DNA from: an uncultured Planctomycetota bacterium
Lineage (GTDB): Bacteria; Planctomycetota; PLA2; JAEUHO01
Assembly (NCBI GenBank): GCA_963752285.1
Contig: CAVVXN010000002.1
Span: forward strand, 224,001-288,000
Reading direction: 5' to 3'
DNA: 64,000 nucleotides
Below the pieces are notes generated by a model that made no database searches, had not been told where the DNA came from, and saw only the letters and a program-made list of their open reading frames with translations. The translations under genes and the position numbers were made by a program. Shown in pieces: positions 50,555-58,651 of this stretch (position 1 is the first letter of the stretch; every line of letters starts with the position of its first letter).

Positions 50555-51891
50555 CGGACGAGATCTCCGCCGGCCGCGCCGCGCGCGCCGGCAGGGCTCT
50601 CGTCCTCGCGATCGGCCTGGTGGCGCTCCTCGCCGCGCGCTCCGGCGCGGGCGACGACGCGTCCGCGGACGTGCCGGGCGACGCGGCGCTCCGCGCGCGC
50701 GTCGTTCAGTGGCTCGACGACCTGCGGTCCGCGTCGTTCGAGACGAGGGAGACGGCGCGCGCGGGGCTCGAGCGGTACGCCCAGGCGGCCCCGGACCTCC
50801 TGGAGGCGCGGAAGGACGACCCCGACGCGGAGGTCCGCCGGACCGTTCGGACGATCCTGGAGCGGCTGCACGGCGCGGCGCCTCCCCCGCCGGCTCCGCA
50901 AGACGGCGACGTCGAGGGCGTAGGGCGCGTGACCATCTCGGCGAACGGTCCCCTCTCCGCCGTCCTCGAGCGCCTCGGCGCGCCGTACGGAGCGCGCGCG
51001 GTGGTGCCGGGCGACGCGGGCGGAACCGTCGTGGCCCTCGACCTCCACGACGTCCCCTTCTTCGAGGCGCTCGCGCAGGTCGCCGCCGTCGCGGACCTGG
51101 TCGCGCCGGGGCCCTTCGAGCCGGACGGGACGATCGCGCTCCGCGGGGCGGACGCGACACCCGCGGTCCCGAGCGCGGCGTCGGGGCCGCTCCGCGTCCG
51201 CGTCGAGGAGGTCACCTCGACGCGGACCCTCACGCGACCCGGCCGCCGGCACCACCTGGTCCTCGACCTCGACTGGATGCCCGCGGTCTCGGTGAGCGTC
51301 TGGCGCACGCCGACCGACCTCCAGGCCGTGGACCCCGACGGACGCCCCGTCCCGCCGGGCGCGGCGATGCGGAGCCGGACGTCCTGGGGCGCCGGCGTCG
51401 GGGCGACGTCGGGACGGTTCGCGATCGACCTCGACCCCGCCGCGGACGACCGGGTGGAGCGCCTCGCGCGCCTGGAGTTCGCCCTGCCCGTCCGTCTCGC
51501 CGTCGGGCGCCACGACGTCCACTTCGACCGGCCGACCGACGACCTGCCCCGCACGCTCCCCCCGGGATCGGGCCCGGACACGGAGGGCGCCGTCACCCTG
51601 CGTTCGCTCGCGCGGGCCCCCGGGAACGGGCCCTGGGTGGCGGAGGTGGGCATCCGCCTCGCCGGCGAGACCGCGGAGCGCACGCTCTCGCTCTGGCTCG
51701 ACCGGGACGACGGCACCTCCGTGCCGCTCACCGCCGGCACCCGGTTCCCCTCGGCGGACGGCTGGCTCTCGATCGTGGCCCGCGCATGGGGCCGATCGGA
51801 GGCCCTGCCGGTCCGACTGCGCGCGACCTGGCTCACGAGCGAGGTCGAGGGGAACGCCCGGTTCCGGCTGGAGGACGTGCCGCTGCGGTGA
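50551..51891 (+). CDS. Exported hypothetical protein (N-terminal HEAT-like helices, STN-like segment, beta-rich C-terminus)
   Basis: TTGA overlap with the EF-G stop; signal peptide; DDLRSASFETRETA...DDPDAEVRR. Confidence 0.7.
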   Translation: MTDEISAGRAARAGRALVLAIGLVALLAARSGAGDDASADVPGDAALRARVVQWLDDLRSASFETRETARAGLERYAQAAPDLLEARKDDPDAEVRRTVRTILERLHGAAPPPPAPQDGDVEGVGRVTISANGPLSAVLERLGAPYGARAVVPGDAGGTVVALDLHDVPFFEALAQVAAVADLVAPGPFEPDGTIALRGADATPAVPSAASGPLRVRVEEVTSTRTLTRPGRRHHLVLDLDWMPAVSVSVWRTPTDLQAVDPDGRPVPPGAAMRSRTSWGAGVGATSGRFAIDLDPAADDRVERLARLEFALPVRLAVGRHDVHFDRPTDDLPRTLPPGSGPDTEGAVTLRSLARAPGNGPWVAEVGIRLAGETAERTLSLWLDRDDGTSVPLTAGTRFPSADGWLSIVARAWGRSEALPVRLRATWLTSEVEGNARFRLEDVPLR

Positions 51892-51950
51892 CGGCCGCGC
51901 CCGCGGCCCTCCGAGCCGGCACAGGCCCTTCCCTCCTCCGGCCCGCGACG

Positions 51951-51956
51951 TATCCT
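51951..51956 (+). promoter_or_regulatory. -10 element (TATCCT) 6 nt before GTG; probable leaderless promoter of the stator-MCE operon
   Basis: Same TANNNT-N6-start geometry as several other genes in this window. Confidence 0.55.
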
Positions 51957-51962
51957 CCCCGC

Positions 51963-52331
51963 GTGGAACGTCCCGCGCCGCCCTCTCTCGCGCCCGGACG
52001 CTCGGCGCTCCCGCGGTTCCTGCTGGTGGAGCGTCGCCTGGACGAGGAAGTCCGGGCGGCCGAGGAGGCCGCGGCCCGCGCGATCGAGGCCGCCGAGGTC
52101 GAGGCGAGGCGCGTCCGAAGCGAGGGCGAGGCGCGCCTCAAGGCCGTCGTGCTCGACGCGGAGACCCAGGCGCGGCGCGAGGTCGAGGCCCGTGCGCGCG
52201 ACCGCGTCAGCGACGCGCGCGTCCGCGTCGGCCGCTGGGTCGAGTCCGCCGAGGCGGCGAGCGCGGACGCCGTGGAGCGGGCGCTCGAGCTCCTCACCTC
52301 GGACCCGATCGAGGAGGGGGGCGGGGGGTGA
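51963..52331 (+). CDS. V/A-type ATPase subunit G/H-like helical protein
   Basis: 122 aa, Ala/Glu/Arg coiled coil (EEVRAAEEAAARAIEAAEVEARR...AVERALELL); sits directly before a subunit I-like gene. Confidence 0.6.
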   Translation: MERPAPPSLAPGRSALPRFLLVERRLDEEVRAAEEAAARAIEAAEVEARRVRSEGEARLKAVVLDAETQARREVEARARDRVSDARVRVGRWVESAEAASADAVERALELLTSDPIEEGGGG

Positions 52332-54208
52332 TGCGCCCGGCCTTCCTCCAGGTCGAGATCCTGGGGCCGCGCGCGACCCTCGACCGGTGGCTCGAGGGCG
52401 TCCAGGAGCACGGGCGCTGCCACGTGGTGGACGCCCTGCTCGGTCTGGAGGGCGAGCCGGGGATCAGCCGCCCCACGCCGACGCGCGACGAGAACGACGC
52501 CGCGACGATGCGGAGCGAGGCGCTCCGTCGGCTCCGTGCCGTGGAGCGCGTCCTCCCTCGCACCGCGCCGGACGGGAACGGGTCGGCGCCGCGCCCCTCG
52601 TTCTCGGTCGGCGCCTCGGGCCAGGGCCTCGCCGACGTCGAGCGCGACGCGGCCGCGGCGGGGTCCGTGGGCGGGAAGATCCTCGCCGCGCTCGAGGCCG
52701 GCCGCGACGCGGACCGCAGCGTGGAAGCGGCGGAGGCGCGCCAGCTGCTCCTGTCAGCGCTCCCGCCGGCGCGGTCCGATCCGCTCGGCGTCGCGTATGC
52801 ATTTTCCGCGGAGCGTCCCGTGCCGCGCCGCCGGCTCGAGCGGTTCACGCGCGACGGCGCCTCGGTGTGGCGCGCGGTCGGTGAGCGGCAGGCGGTCGTC
52901 GTGCTCGACGTGCCGTCCGGCCAGGAGGACCGCTTCGGACAGGAGCTCGCGCGCCTCGGAGGCCGGAAGGTCGAGTGGGAGCCGGACCTGCTCCAGGGCG
53001 GTCGGGCCGCCGCGCTCGCGCGCGCGACCGAGGCGCTCGCGCACGCGAAGGCGCGCGACCGCGAGGCGCTCGGCGCGCTCCGCCGCGTCGTGGACGCCGA
53101 GGGCCCTCGCGCGCGCCGGTTCCTCGACGCGCTCGAGGACGCCGAGGCACGCGCGCGCCTCCGCGACCGCCTCGCGACGACGGAGCAGGTGACGGCGCTC
53201 CGCGCGTGGGTCCCGTCCGAGGACGTGGACGCGCTCGAGACGCGGCTCCGGGTACGGGTCGGCCCGGAGGTGGTCGTGCGCGCGCTCGGCGACGGTACGG
53301 ACGCGCCTGCGGCGCCGCGGCGCGTGGCGCCGGTCCCCCTGGCCGCACTCCAGGGGGTCGGAGCGCGGCGCTTCGGCGAGGTCACGGCGCCCGCGCTGCT
53401 GGCGCTCGCCGTGCCCATCGCCTTCGGGCTCGCCTGGGCCGACCTCGCGGGCGGGCTGCTCCTCCTCCTCGGTGGCGCGTTCCTCCAGATCGGCGCGGTG
53501 CCCGGCTCGCCGCGGCGCGACACGTCGCTCCTGGCGGAGGTCGCGGGTCTCGGCGCGCTCCTCGGGGGCCTGCTCGCGGGGCACGGCTTCGGCGCCCTCG
53601 GCGCGTCGTGGTTCGGGGTCGGCTGGGGCTTCCTCCCCGGGGAGGGCGGCTGGGCGGAGTGGCCCTCGGCCCTCCGGTTCACGTGGATCGTCGGCGCGGC
53701 GGCGGCCGCGGGCGCGGCGTGGGGGCTCGGCGTCGCGAGCGGTCGGGCGCGGGGCGGCGGACCCGCCGGCGCGCGCGCGGGTCTCGGCGTCGCGCTGCCG
53801 CTGGTCGTGGTCGCCGGCGCGGCCGCGGCGACGCTCCCCGCCGGGACGGTCCTGCACGCGCTGTGGTGGACCGCGCCGGTCGCGGCGATCGCGCTGCTCG
53901 TCGTGGCGGGGCTCCGCGAGGGCGGAGGTCGGCTGGTCCTCGACCTGGCCGCCACGGTCCGTCTCGTCGCGGTCCCGCTCTTCGCGCTCGAGGTCGCGTC
54001 CCGGGTCTTCGCGCGCCTCGCGGCCGACCCGTCGGCGGCGGGCTGGATCGTCGGCGTGCCTCTCCTCGCCGTCGCGACGCTGGCCGCGGTCGTGGACCCG
54101 GCGCACGTGGCGATGGGCGTGCCCTACGATCTCTCCCTCGGAGGTCGTGCGCTCGCCGAGCCGTACGCGCCGTTCGCGAGGCGTGGCCGGGACGGAGGTG
54201 AGCGATGA
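52328..54208 (+). CDS. Divergent V/A-type ATPase subunit I (a)-like protein
   Basis: N-terminal VEILGP...VQEHGRCHV, LRAWVPSED (cf. GWVP), FGEVTAP...PIAFGLAWADLAGG (cf. YxEIDP...FFGxMFGDxGYG), ATVRLVAV (cf. SYxRLxA), terminal YAPF. Confidence 0.78.
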   Translation: MMRPAFLQVEILGPRATLDRWLEGVQEHGRCHVVDALLGLEGEPGISRPTPTRDENDAATMRSEALRRLRAVERVLPRTAPDGNGSAPRPSFSVGASGQGLADVERDAAAAGSVGGKILAALEAGRDADRSVEAAEARQLLLSALPPARSDPLGVAYAFSAERPVPRRRLERFTRDGASVWRAVGERQAVVVLDVPSGQEDRFGQELARLGGRKVEWEPDLLQGGRAAALARATEALAHAKARDREALGALRRVVDAEGPRARRFLDALEDAEARARLRDRLATTEQVTALRAWVPSEDVDALETRLRVRVGPEVVVRALGDGTDAPAAPRRVAPVPLAALQGVGARRFGEVTAPALLALAVPIAFGLAWADLAGGLLLLLGGAFLQIGAVPGSPRRDTSLLAEVAGLGALLGGLLAGHGFGALGASWFGVGWGFLPGEGGWAEWPSALRFTWIVGAAAAAGAAWGLGVASGRARGGGPAGARAGLGVALPLVVVAGAAAATLPAGTVLHALWWTAPVAAIALLVVAGLREGGGRLVLDLAATVRLVAVPLFALEVASRVFARLAADPSAAGWIVGVPLLAVATLAAVVDPAHVAMGVPYDLSLGGRALAEPYAPFARRGRDGGER

Positions 54209-54858
54209 GCACCGCTCCCGACCTCCAACCGCTCCTCGACGCGGTGATCGAGCACGCGCACGCACGATGCCGCCATGCCGAGGACCGCGCCGCGGCGAGG
54301 CGGCGCGAGCTCCTCCTCGCCGCGGAGGACCACGTGCATGCGCTCGAGGAGGCGGCGCGCGAGATCGGCCGTACGCGCGGCGCGTCCGCGGACCTCGCCG
54401 CCTCGCGCGAGGCGCGGGCCGAGGTCGAGAAGGTCGCGAGCGAGGCCTTCGACCGTCTTCTCGAACGCTTCGAGCGTCGCGTGAAGCTGGCCCTCGAGGC
54501 CCTGCCTTCGAGCCCGAGGTACGGCGACGCGATCGGGGGGTGGGCGCGCGCGGCTGCCAGGCAGATCGATGGGCCCGTGGAGGTGCACACGGCGCCGCGT
54601 GACCGCGAGGCGGTGTACGAGGCGCTGCTCCAGGCCGGCGTGGAGGACTTCCGCGTGCGCGCCGAGCGGCGGATCGGGTGCGGGTTCGTCGTCCGCGACA
54701 TGGACGGGCGCACGGTCGCCGACCTGCGGCCCGAGGCCCTGGTCGCGTCCCGGAGGCCGGACCTCCGCCGCCTTCTCGAGGCCGTCGTGCCCCGCCCGAC
54801 AGGACTGGTCCCCGTCGATCCCGAGCCCGCCACGCCGGCCTCCGGCGGTCGCGCGTGA
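54205..54858 (+). CDS. V/A-type ATPase subunit E-like protein
   Basis: N-terminal long helix (LQPLLDAVIEHAHA...), EVHTAPRD, C-terminal IGCGFVVRDMDGRTVADLRPEAL. Confidence 0.75.
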   Translation: MSTAPDLQPLLDAVIEHAHARCRHAEDRAAARRRELLLAAEDHVHALEEAAREIGRTRGASADLAASREARAEVEKVASEAFDRLLERFERRVKLALEALPSSPRYGDAIGGWARAAARQIDGPVEVHTAPRDREAVYEALLQAGVEDFRVRAERRIGCGFVVRDMDGRTVADLRPEALVASRRPDLRRLLEAVVPRPTGLVPVDPEPATPASGGRA

Positions 54859-55892
54859 CGGCGGGACGCGTCCGCCGTCTCCGCCGCCTCCTCGGCGCCG
54901 GCCTCCTCGGGGCGCTCCTCCTGGGGCTCGTCCTCCTGCTCGCCCGACCCGGCGTCCACGGGCCCCTCGCGCGGGCGTTCCAGACGATCGCCCGGGACGC
55001 CTTCGGCGACGACGCAGGCGACCTGGGGCTTTTGCTCGACGACACCTCGGGACTCGGGCTCGGCGACCCCGTCTTCCGCGCAGACCGGCCCTCCGGGCTC
55101 GAGCCGGCGGGCTGGGTGGCCTCCATCGGGGCGGGGCGGGTCACGATCCGGCTCGCGCCGGGGGAGCGCCTCGACGGGGCGTGGCGGCTCGTCCGCCTCG
55201 GCGCGCCGCGCGGCCTCGCGGACGCCTGGCGCCTCGCGGTCCCGCCGGAGGCGGGCCGCGCGCTCGCCGCGCGGGCGAAGGAGGAGCTTTCGGGACTGCT
55301 CCAGGAGAGCGTCCTCCCCGAGCTCCGCCGGCGACTGCCCGAGTTCCTCTCGCGGGTGGACCCTCGCCACGATCCGCGCGCCCGCGCGGTGCTCGACGGG
55401 GTCGGCGCCGCGGTGGCGGAGCGCCTTCGGCCTCTGGCCGACGAGCTCGTGCGCTACGTGGGACGCGACCTCGAGAAGCGGTTCGGGTTCCTCGACCGCG
55501 TCTCGCTCCTCTTGAAGTACCTCCGCGGCGACACCGACGCACTCCGAGGCGAGCTGGTCCCGGCGGCGACCGAGAGCGCAACGCGGTGGTGGGCGGCGCG
55601 CCGGGACGCGGTCCTGACGGCCGTAGGCGAGGCGCTGCTCGCCGAGGCGAAGCCCGTGGGGACGTGGCTCGTGGAGGCGGTGCTGCCCGCCGCGCGGGAC
55701 ACCCTCCTCCGGCCCGTCCTCGACGCCCAGGCGCCGGCCATCGAGCGTTCGGCCCAGCGGGTGCTCGACGACGCCACGCGGCTCGTGGTGGAGGCGCCGG
55801 AGGGCGGTTTCCGCGTCCGCTTCGCGGCGGCGGTCCGAAGCCGGCTCCTCGAGAAGCGAGGTCCGCTGCTCCTCCTGGAGCGCGCGCCGTGA
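54855..55892 (+). CDS. MCE/MlaD-like membrane-anchored protein with long helical C-terminus
   Basis: N-terminal TM, LDDTSGLGLGDPVF...AGWVASI (MCE-like pattern); upstream of mlaF-mlaE. Confidence 0.6.
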   Translation: MTAGRVRRLRRLLGAGLLGALLLGLVLLLARPGVHGPLARAFQTIARDAFGDDAGDLGLLLDDTSGLGLGDPVFRADRPSGLEPAGWVASIGAGRVTIRLAPGERLDGAWRLVRLGAPRGLADAWRLAVPPEAGRALAARAKEELSGLLQESVLPELRRRLPEFLSRVDPRHDPRARAVLDGVGAAVAERLRPLADELVRYVGRDLEKRFGFLDRVSLLLKYLRGDTDALRGELVPAATESATRWWAARRDAVLTAVGEALLAEAKPVGTWLVEAVLPAARDTLLRPVLDAQAPAIERSAQRVLDDATRLVVEAPEGGFRVRFAAAVRSRLLEKRGPLLLLERAP

Positions 55893-57433
55893 GCGGAGCG
55901 CCGCAGCCGCTCCTCGAGGTCGAAGGGCTCGACGTCGTGGAGCGCGGCCGCCGGCTCGTCCTGCGGTCCTCGTTCGTCGTTCGCGAGGGCCAACGCGCGC
56001 TGCTGGTGGGACCGTCCGGCGCGGGCAAGTCGCTCTTCGTGGACCTTCTCCTCGGCTTCGCGGGACCCGAGACGCCGGAGCTCGTCGTGTCCGGGTCGAT
56101 CCGCCTCGACGGACACGAACGGCTCGGCGCGCCCCCCGACCCGTCGCTCGGCGCCGTGTTCCAGATCCACCGTCCGGGGCTCTTCGACGACCTGAGCGTC
56201 ACGCAGAACCTCGCGTTCGGCGCGTCGGACGCCGAGCGGCAGCGGGAGGCGGCGGCGGCGTTCCATCTCGGCGCGCTCGAACGACCCGTCGCGACGCTCT
56301 CCGGCGGCGAGCAGGTCCGGACCTCCCTGGTCCGGACGTTGCTCCACGGCGCCGAGATCCTCGTCCTCGACGAGCCCACGACCGGGCTCGACGAGAGCGC
56401 GAGGCGCCAGGTGGTGGACGCGATCGCGAAGGCCCACCGCCGCTTGACGCTCGTGGTCACGCACGACCTCGACGCGTTCGAGGGCTTCGCCGACGTCGTG
56501 CTCCTCCTCGACGCGGAGAGCCGGACGATCCGTCCCCTCGACCGCGGCGGGGAGGGCTGGGCCGCGGTCCGAGCCGCGCTCTCCCGTCGGGCGCCGCCTC
56601 CCCCGGCCGCACCCGACGGGACGCCGCGCCGGGCCACGCGCCTCCTCCGCGCCGGCGCGCGGGTCGCCGAGGGCGCGACCGAAGTCGCCGCCGACGCGCT
56701 CGTGGCGCTCCTCGCGCCGTTCGCGTGGCTGGCCGCGTTCCACCCGCTCCACGGGCCGCGCGTGCGCGGCGCGCTCCGCCGGGATCTCGCCCCGGGCGTC
56801 GCCGTCTTCGTCGGGCTGGCCTCCATCCTGATCGGCGTCACCGCGACCCACTTCCTCTTCGAACGGCTCCCGCAGCGCCCGTACGCGGAGGCGCTCTTCC
56901 TCGACGACCTCCTCGCCGGGCTCGGCGTGGTGCAGGTCCGGGTCGTGGTGCCCCTGCTCGTGTCGATCCTCCTCGCCGCGAAGCTCGGCGCCTCGACCGC
57001 CGCGTGGCTCGGTCACATGAGCCGGACGCGACAGATCGACGCCCTGCGCCTGCTCCACGTCCCGGTCCGCCGTCACCTGCTGCTGCCCGCCGCGGGGGGG
57101 CAACTCGCCGCGTCCCTCGTCCACACCACGATCGCCCTCGCGGGCGTGTTCCTGACCTCGCTCGTCGTGTTCCTGTGGGACCACCCCGGCTGGTCCGCCC
57201 GGTACGCGTGGCGCGCGTGGTTCGAGGAGGTGCACGGCCTGGACCTCGCGTGGGTGGCCGCGAAGGTCGGGCTCTCCGCCGTCGCCGTGGCCGCGATCGC
57301 CTTCCGGGCGGGCGTCACGCCGAAGCGGCGCCCGGAGGAGATCGTGTCCGCGATCCACGCCACCCTCTTGGGCGCGTTGCTCGCGGTTCTCGCGGTGCAC
57401 GCGGCGTTCGCGTTCCTGGAGTTCGCACGCTGA
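55889..57433 (+). CDS. Fused ABC ATPase (MlaF-like) and MlaE-family permease
   Basis: GPSGAGKS, VFQ, LSGGE, LVLDEPTTGLD, VTHD; then PLLVSILLAAKLGASTAAWLGHMSRTRQIDALRLL, an MlaE signature. Confidence 0.85.
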   Translation: MSGAPQPLLEVEGLDVVERGRRLVLRSSFVVREGQRALLVGPSGAGKSLFVDLLLGFAGPETPELVVSGSIRLDGHERLGAPPDPSLGAVFQIHRPGLFDDLSVTQNLAFGASDAERQREAAAAFHLGALERPVATLSGGEQVRTSLVRTLLHGAEILVLDEPTTGLDESARRQVVDAIAKAHRRLTLVVTHDLDAFEGFADVVLLLDAESRTIRPLDRGGEGWAAVRAALSRRAPPPPAAPDGTPRRATRLLRAGARVAEGATEVAADALVALLAPFAWLAAFHPLHGPRVRGALRRDLAPGVAVFVGLASILIGVTATHFLFERLPQRPYAEALFLDDLLAGLGVVQVRVVVPLLVSILLAAKLGASTAAWLGHMSRTRQIDALRLLHVPVRRHLLLPAAGGQLAASLVHTTIALAGVFLTSLVVFLWDHPGWSARYAWRAWFEEVHGLDLAWVAAKVGLSAVAVAAIAFRAGVTPKRRPEEIVSAIHATLLGALLAVLAVHAAFAFLEFAR

Positions 57434-57469
57434 GGAGGCGCGTCCTGGGGGCGGGAGCGCGCCGGCGGG

Positions 57470-58348
57470 TCAGCGTTCGTCGTCCTGATCGATGAAGAGG
57501 ACCTTCAGGTCGTGCTTGTGGTCTCGGACCATCAGGTTCCAGTCGTCCCACCGGGTCAGGTGCTGGCCCGTCAGCTCGTTCAAGGCGGTGGGGATGACGC
57601 CCGAGAGCTGCCCCCAGCGGTCGGTCCCCGAGCTCCCGCTCGCCGGCGGGATGTACTGGCCCGTGTTCGGGTCGTCCTTGCCGGGGCGCGCCCGACCGGG
57701 CTTGTCCTTCACGAGCGTGCCCACGAGGTCCTCGACGATCTTCTTGCGCAGACGCCACGACGCGTGGCGAAACTTCCCGAGCGCCTGCGCGGCGAGCGCG
57801 GCGATCCGGAAGTTCTCCGAGTCCTCGACGACCTTGAGGAGAGGCAGCACGAGCGAGTCGTCGCCGATCGCCCCCGCGGCGTCGATCGCGGTCGAGAGCC
57901 ACGGATCGACCTCGTCGTCTTGCTTCTTCACCGGCTCGATGAACGACTTCACGTACCGCGCCCCGTCGGGATGACCCATGTCGCCGAGGGCCTTGAGACC
58001 CGCCTTCCTCACGTCCGCGTCGCGCTCGCGCTTCAGAAGCAGGCCGACGGCCTTCACGAGGTGCTCGCGGGCCGCCTTCACGTCGGGGTGGCCCGCTGCC
58101 TCCTTGTAGAGCGCGACGGCGAGTTCCATGTCCTTCTGGAGCGCGGGCACCTGGTCGGCCTTCGCGTGGTCGTCGATCTGGTCCTCGTGCGCGGAGACCT
58201 TCTCCATGATGGGGGGCGATGCGGCGGGCGGATCGTCCTTCGCGATCGACGCCCGGGCCGCGATCGTGAAGATGAACAGCACGACGATCGACGCTGCGAT
58301 CCGCGCACGAACGCGGACGGGCACGACACGAGCCGTCGATGAACGCAT
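57470..58348 (-). CDS. Exported HEAT-repeat protein
   Basis: AAAGGGGAG RBS, signal peptide, ADVRKAGLKALGDMG, IAALAAQALGK, ALNELTGQ...WDDW. Confidence 0.8.
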   Translation of the reverse strand: MRSSTARVVPVRVRARIAASIVVLFIFTIAARASIAKDDPPAASPPIMEKVSAHEDQIDDHAKADQVPALQKDMELAVALYKEAAGHPDVKAAREHLVKAVGLLLKRERDADVRKAGLKALGDMGHPDGARYVKSFIEPVKKQDDEVDPWLSTAIDAAGAIGDDSLVLPLLKVVEDSENFRIAALAAQALGKFRHASWRLRKKIVEDLVGTLVKDKPGRARPGKDDPNTGQYIPPASGSSGTDRWGQLSGVIPTALNELTGQHLTRWDDWNLMVRDHKHDLKVLFIDQDDER

Positions 58349-58505
58349 CGGACTCCCCTTTCGACGAGACGAACCACCACGGGGAGGACGCCGTCACGTA
58401 CGCGCGTTCCCCGCGCGGCGCGGCTCGTGCCCCCGTCCCCGGCCCTCGGGCGCCCTTCGGCCCGCGGTCCCCGGGGCGGCATCCTCCGCCTGGCTCGAGC
58501 ACCTA

Positions 58506-58536
58506 TTCAGACGTCATCGGCCGGCGGATGGTTTGC
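58506..58536 (-). promoter_or_regulatory. Possible ECF-sigma promoter (GCAAAC-N17-CGTCTGAA) for the HEAT gene
   Basis: AAC-N17-CGT geometry on the minus strand; pattern only. Confidence 0.4.
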
Positions 58537-58562
58537 CACGTTCTCGAAAGGGGACGTAAGGA

Positions 58563-58608
58563 CCACGGGACGAGACTTTAGACTAGAGCCTAAAGTCTCG
58601 GCCCGTGG
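58563..58608. repeat. Long inverted repeat (terminator, operator or RNA stem)
   Basis: CCACGGG-A-CGAGACTTTAG-ACTAGAGC-CTAAAGTCTCG-G-CCCGTGG: 18 paired positions, one mismatch, about 45 nt downstream of the vWA gene stop. Confidence 0.8.
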
Positions 58609-58651
58609 GCGCGTCGTCGCCACGCGGGGGCGCCGTCGGGCGCCGGCCGGG

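Noticed and set aside
58530..58610. Resemblance to a c-di-GMP-I riboswitch (GAAA loop, GGGACG...CCACGGG)
   Set aside because: The 5' GGCAAAC element is on the opposite strand from the GAAA stem, and no sense gene lies downstream on +. Kept only as an unexplained structure.
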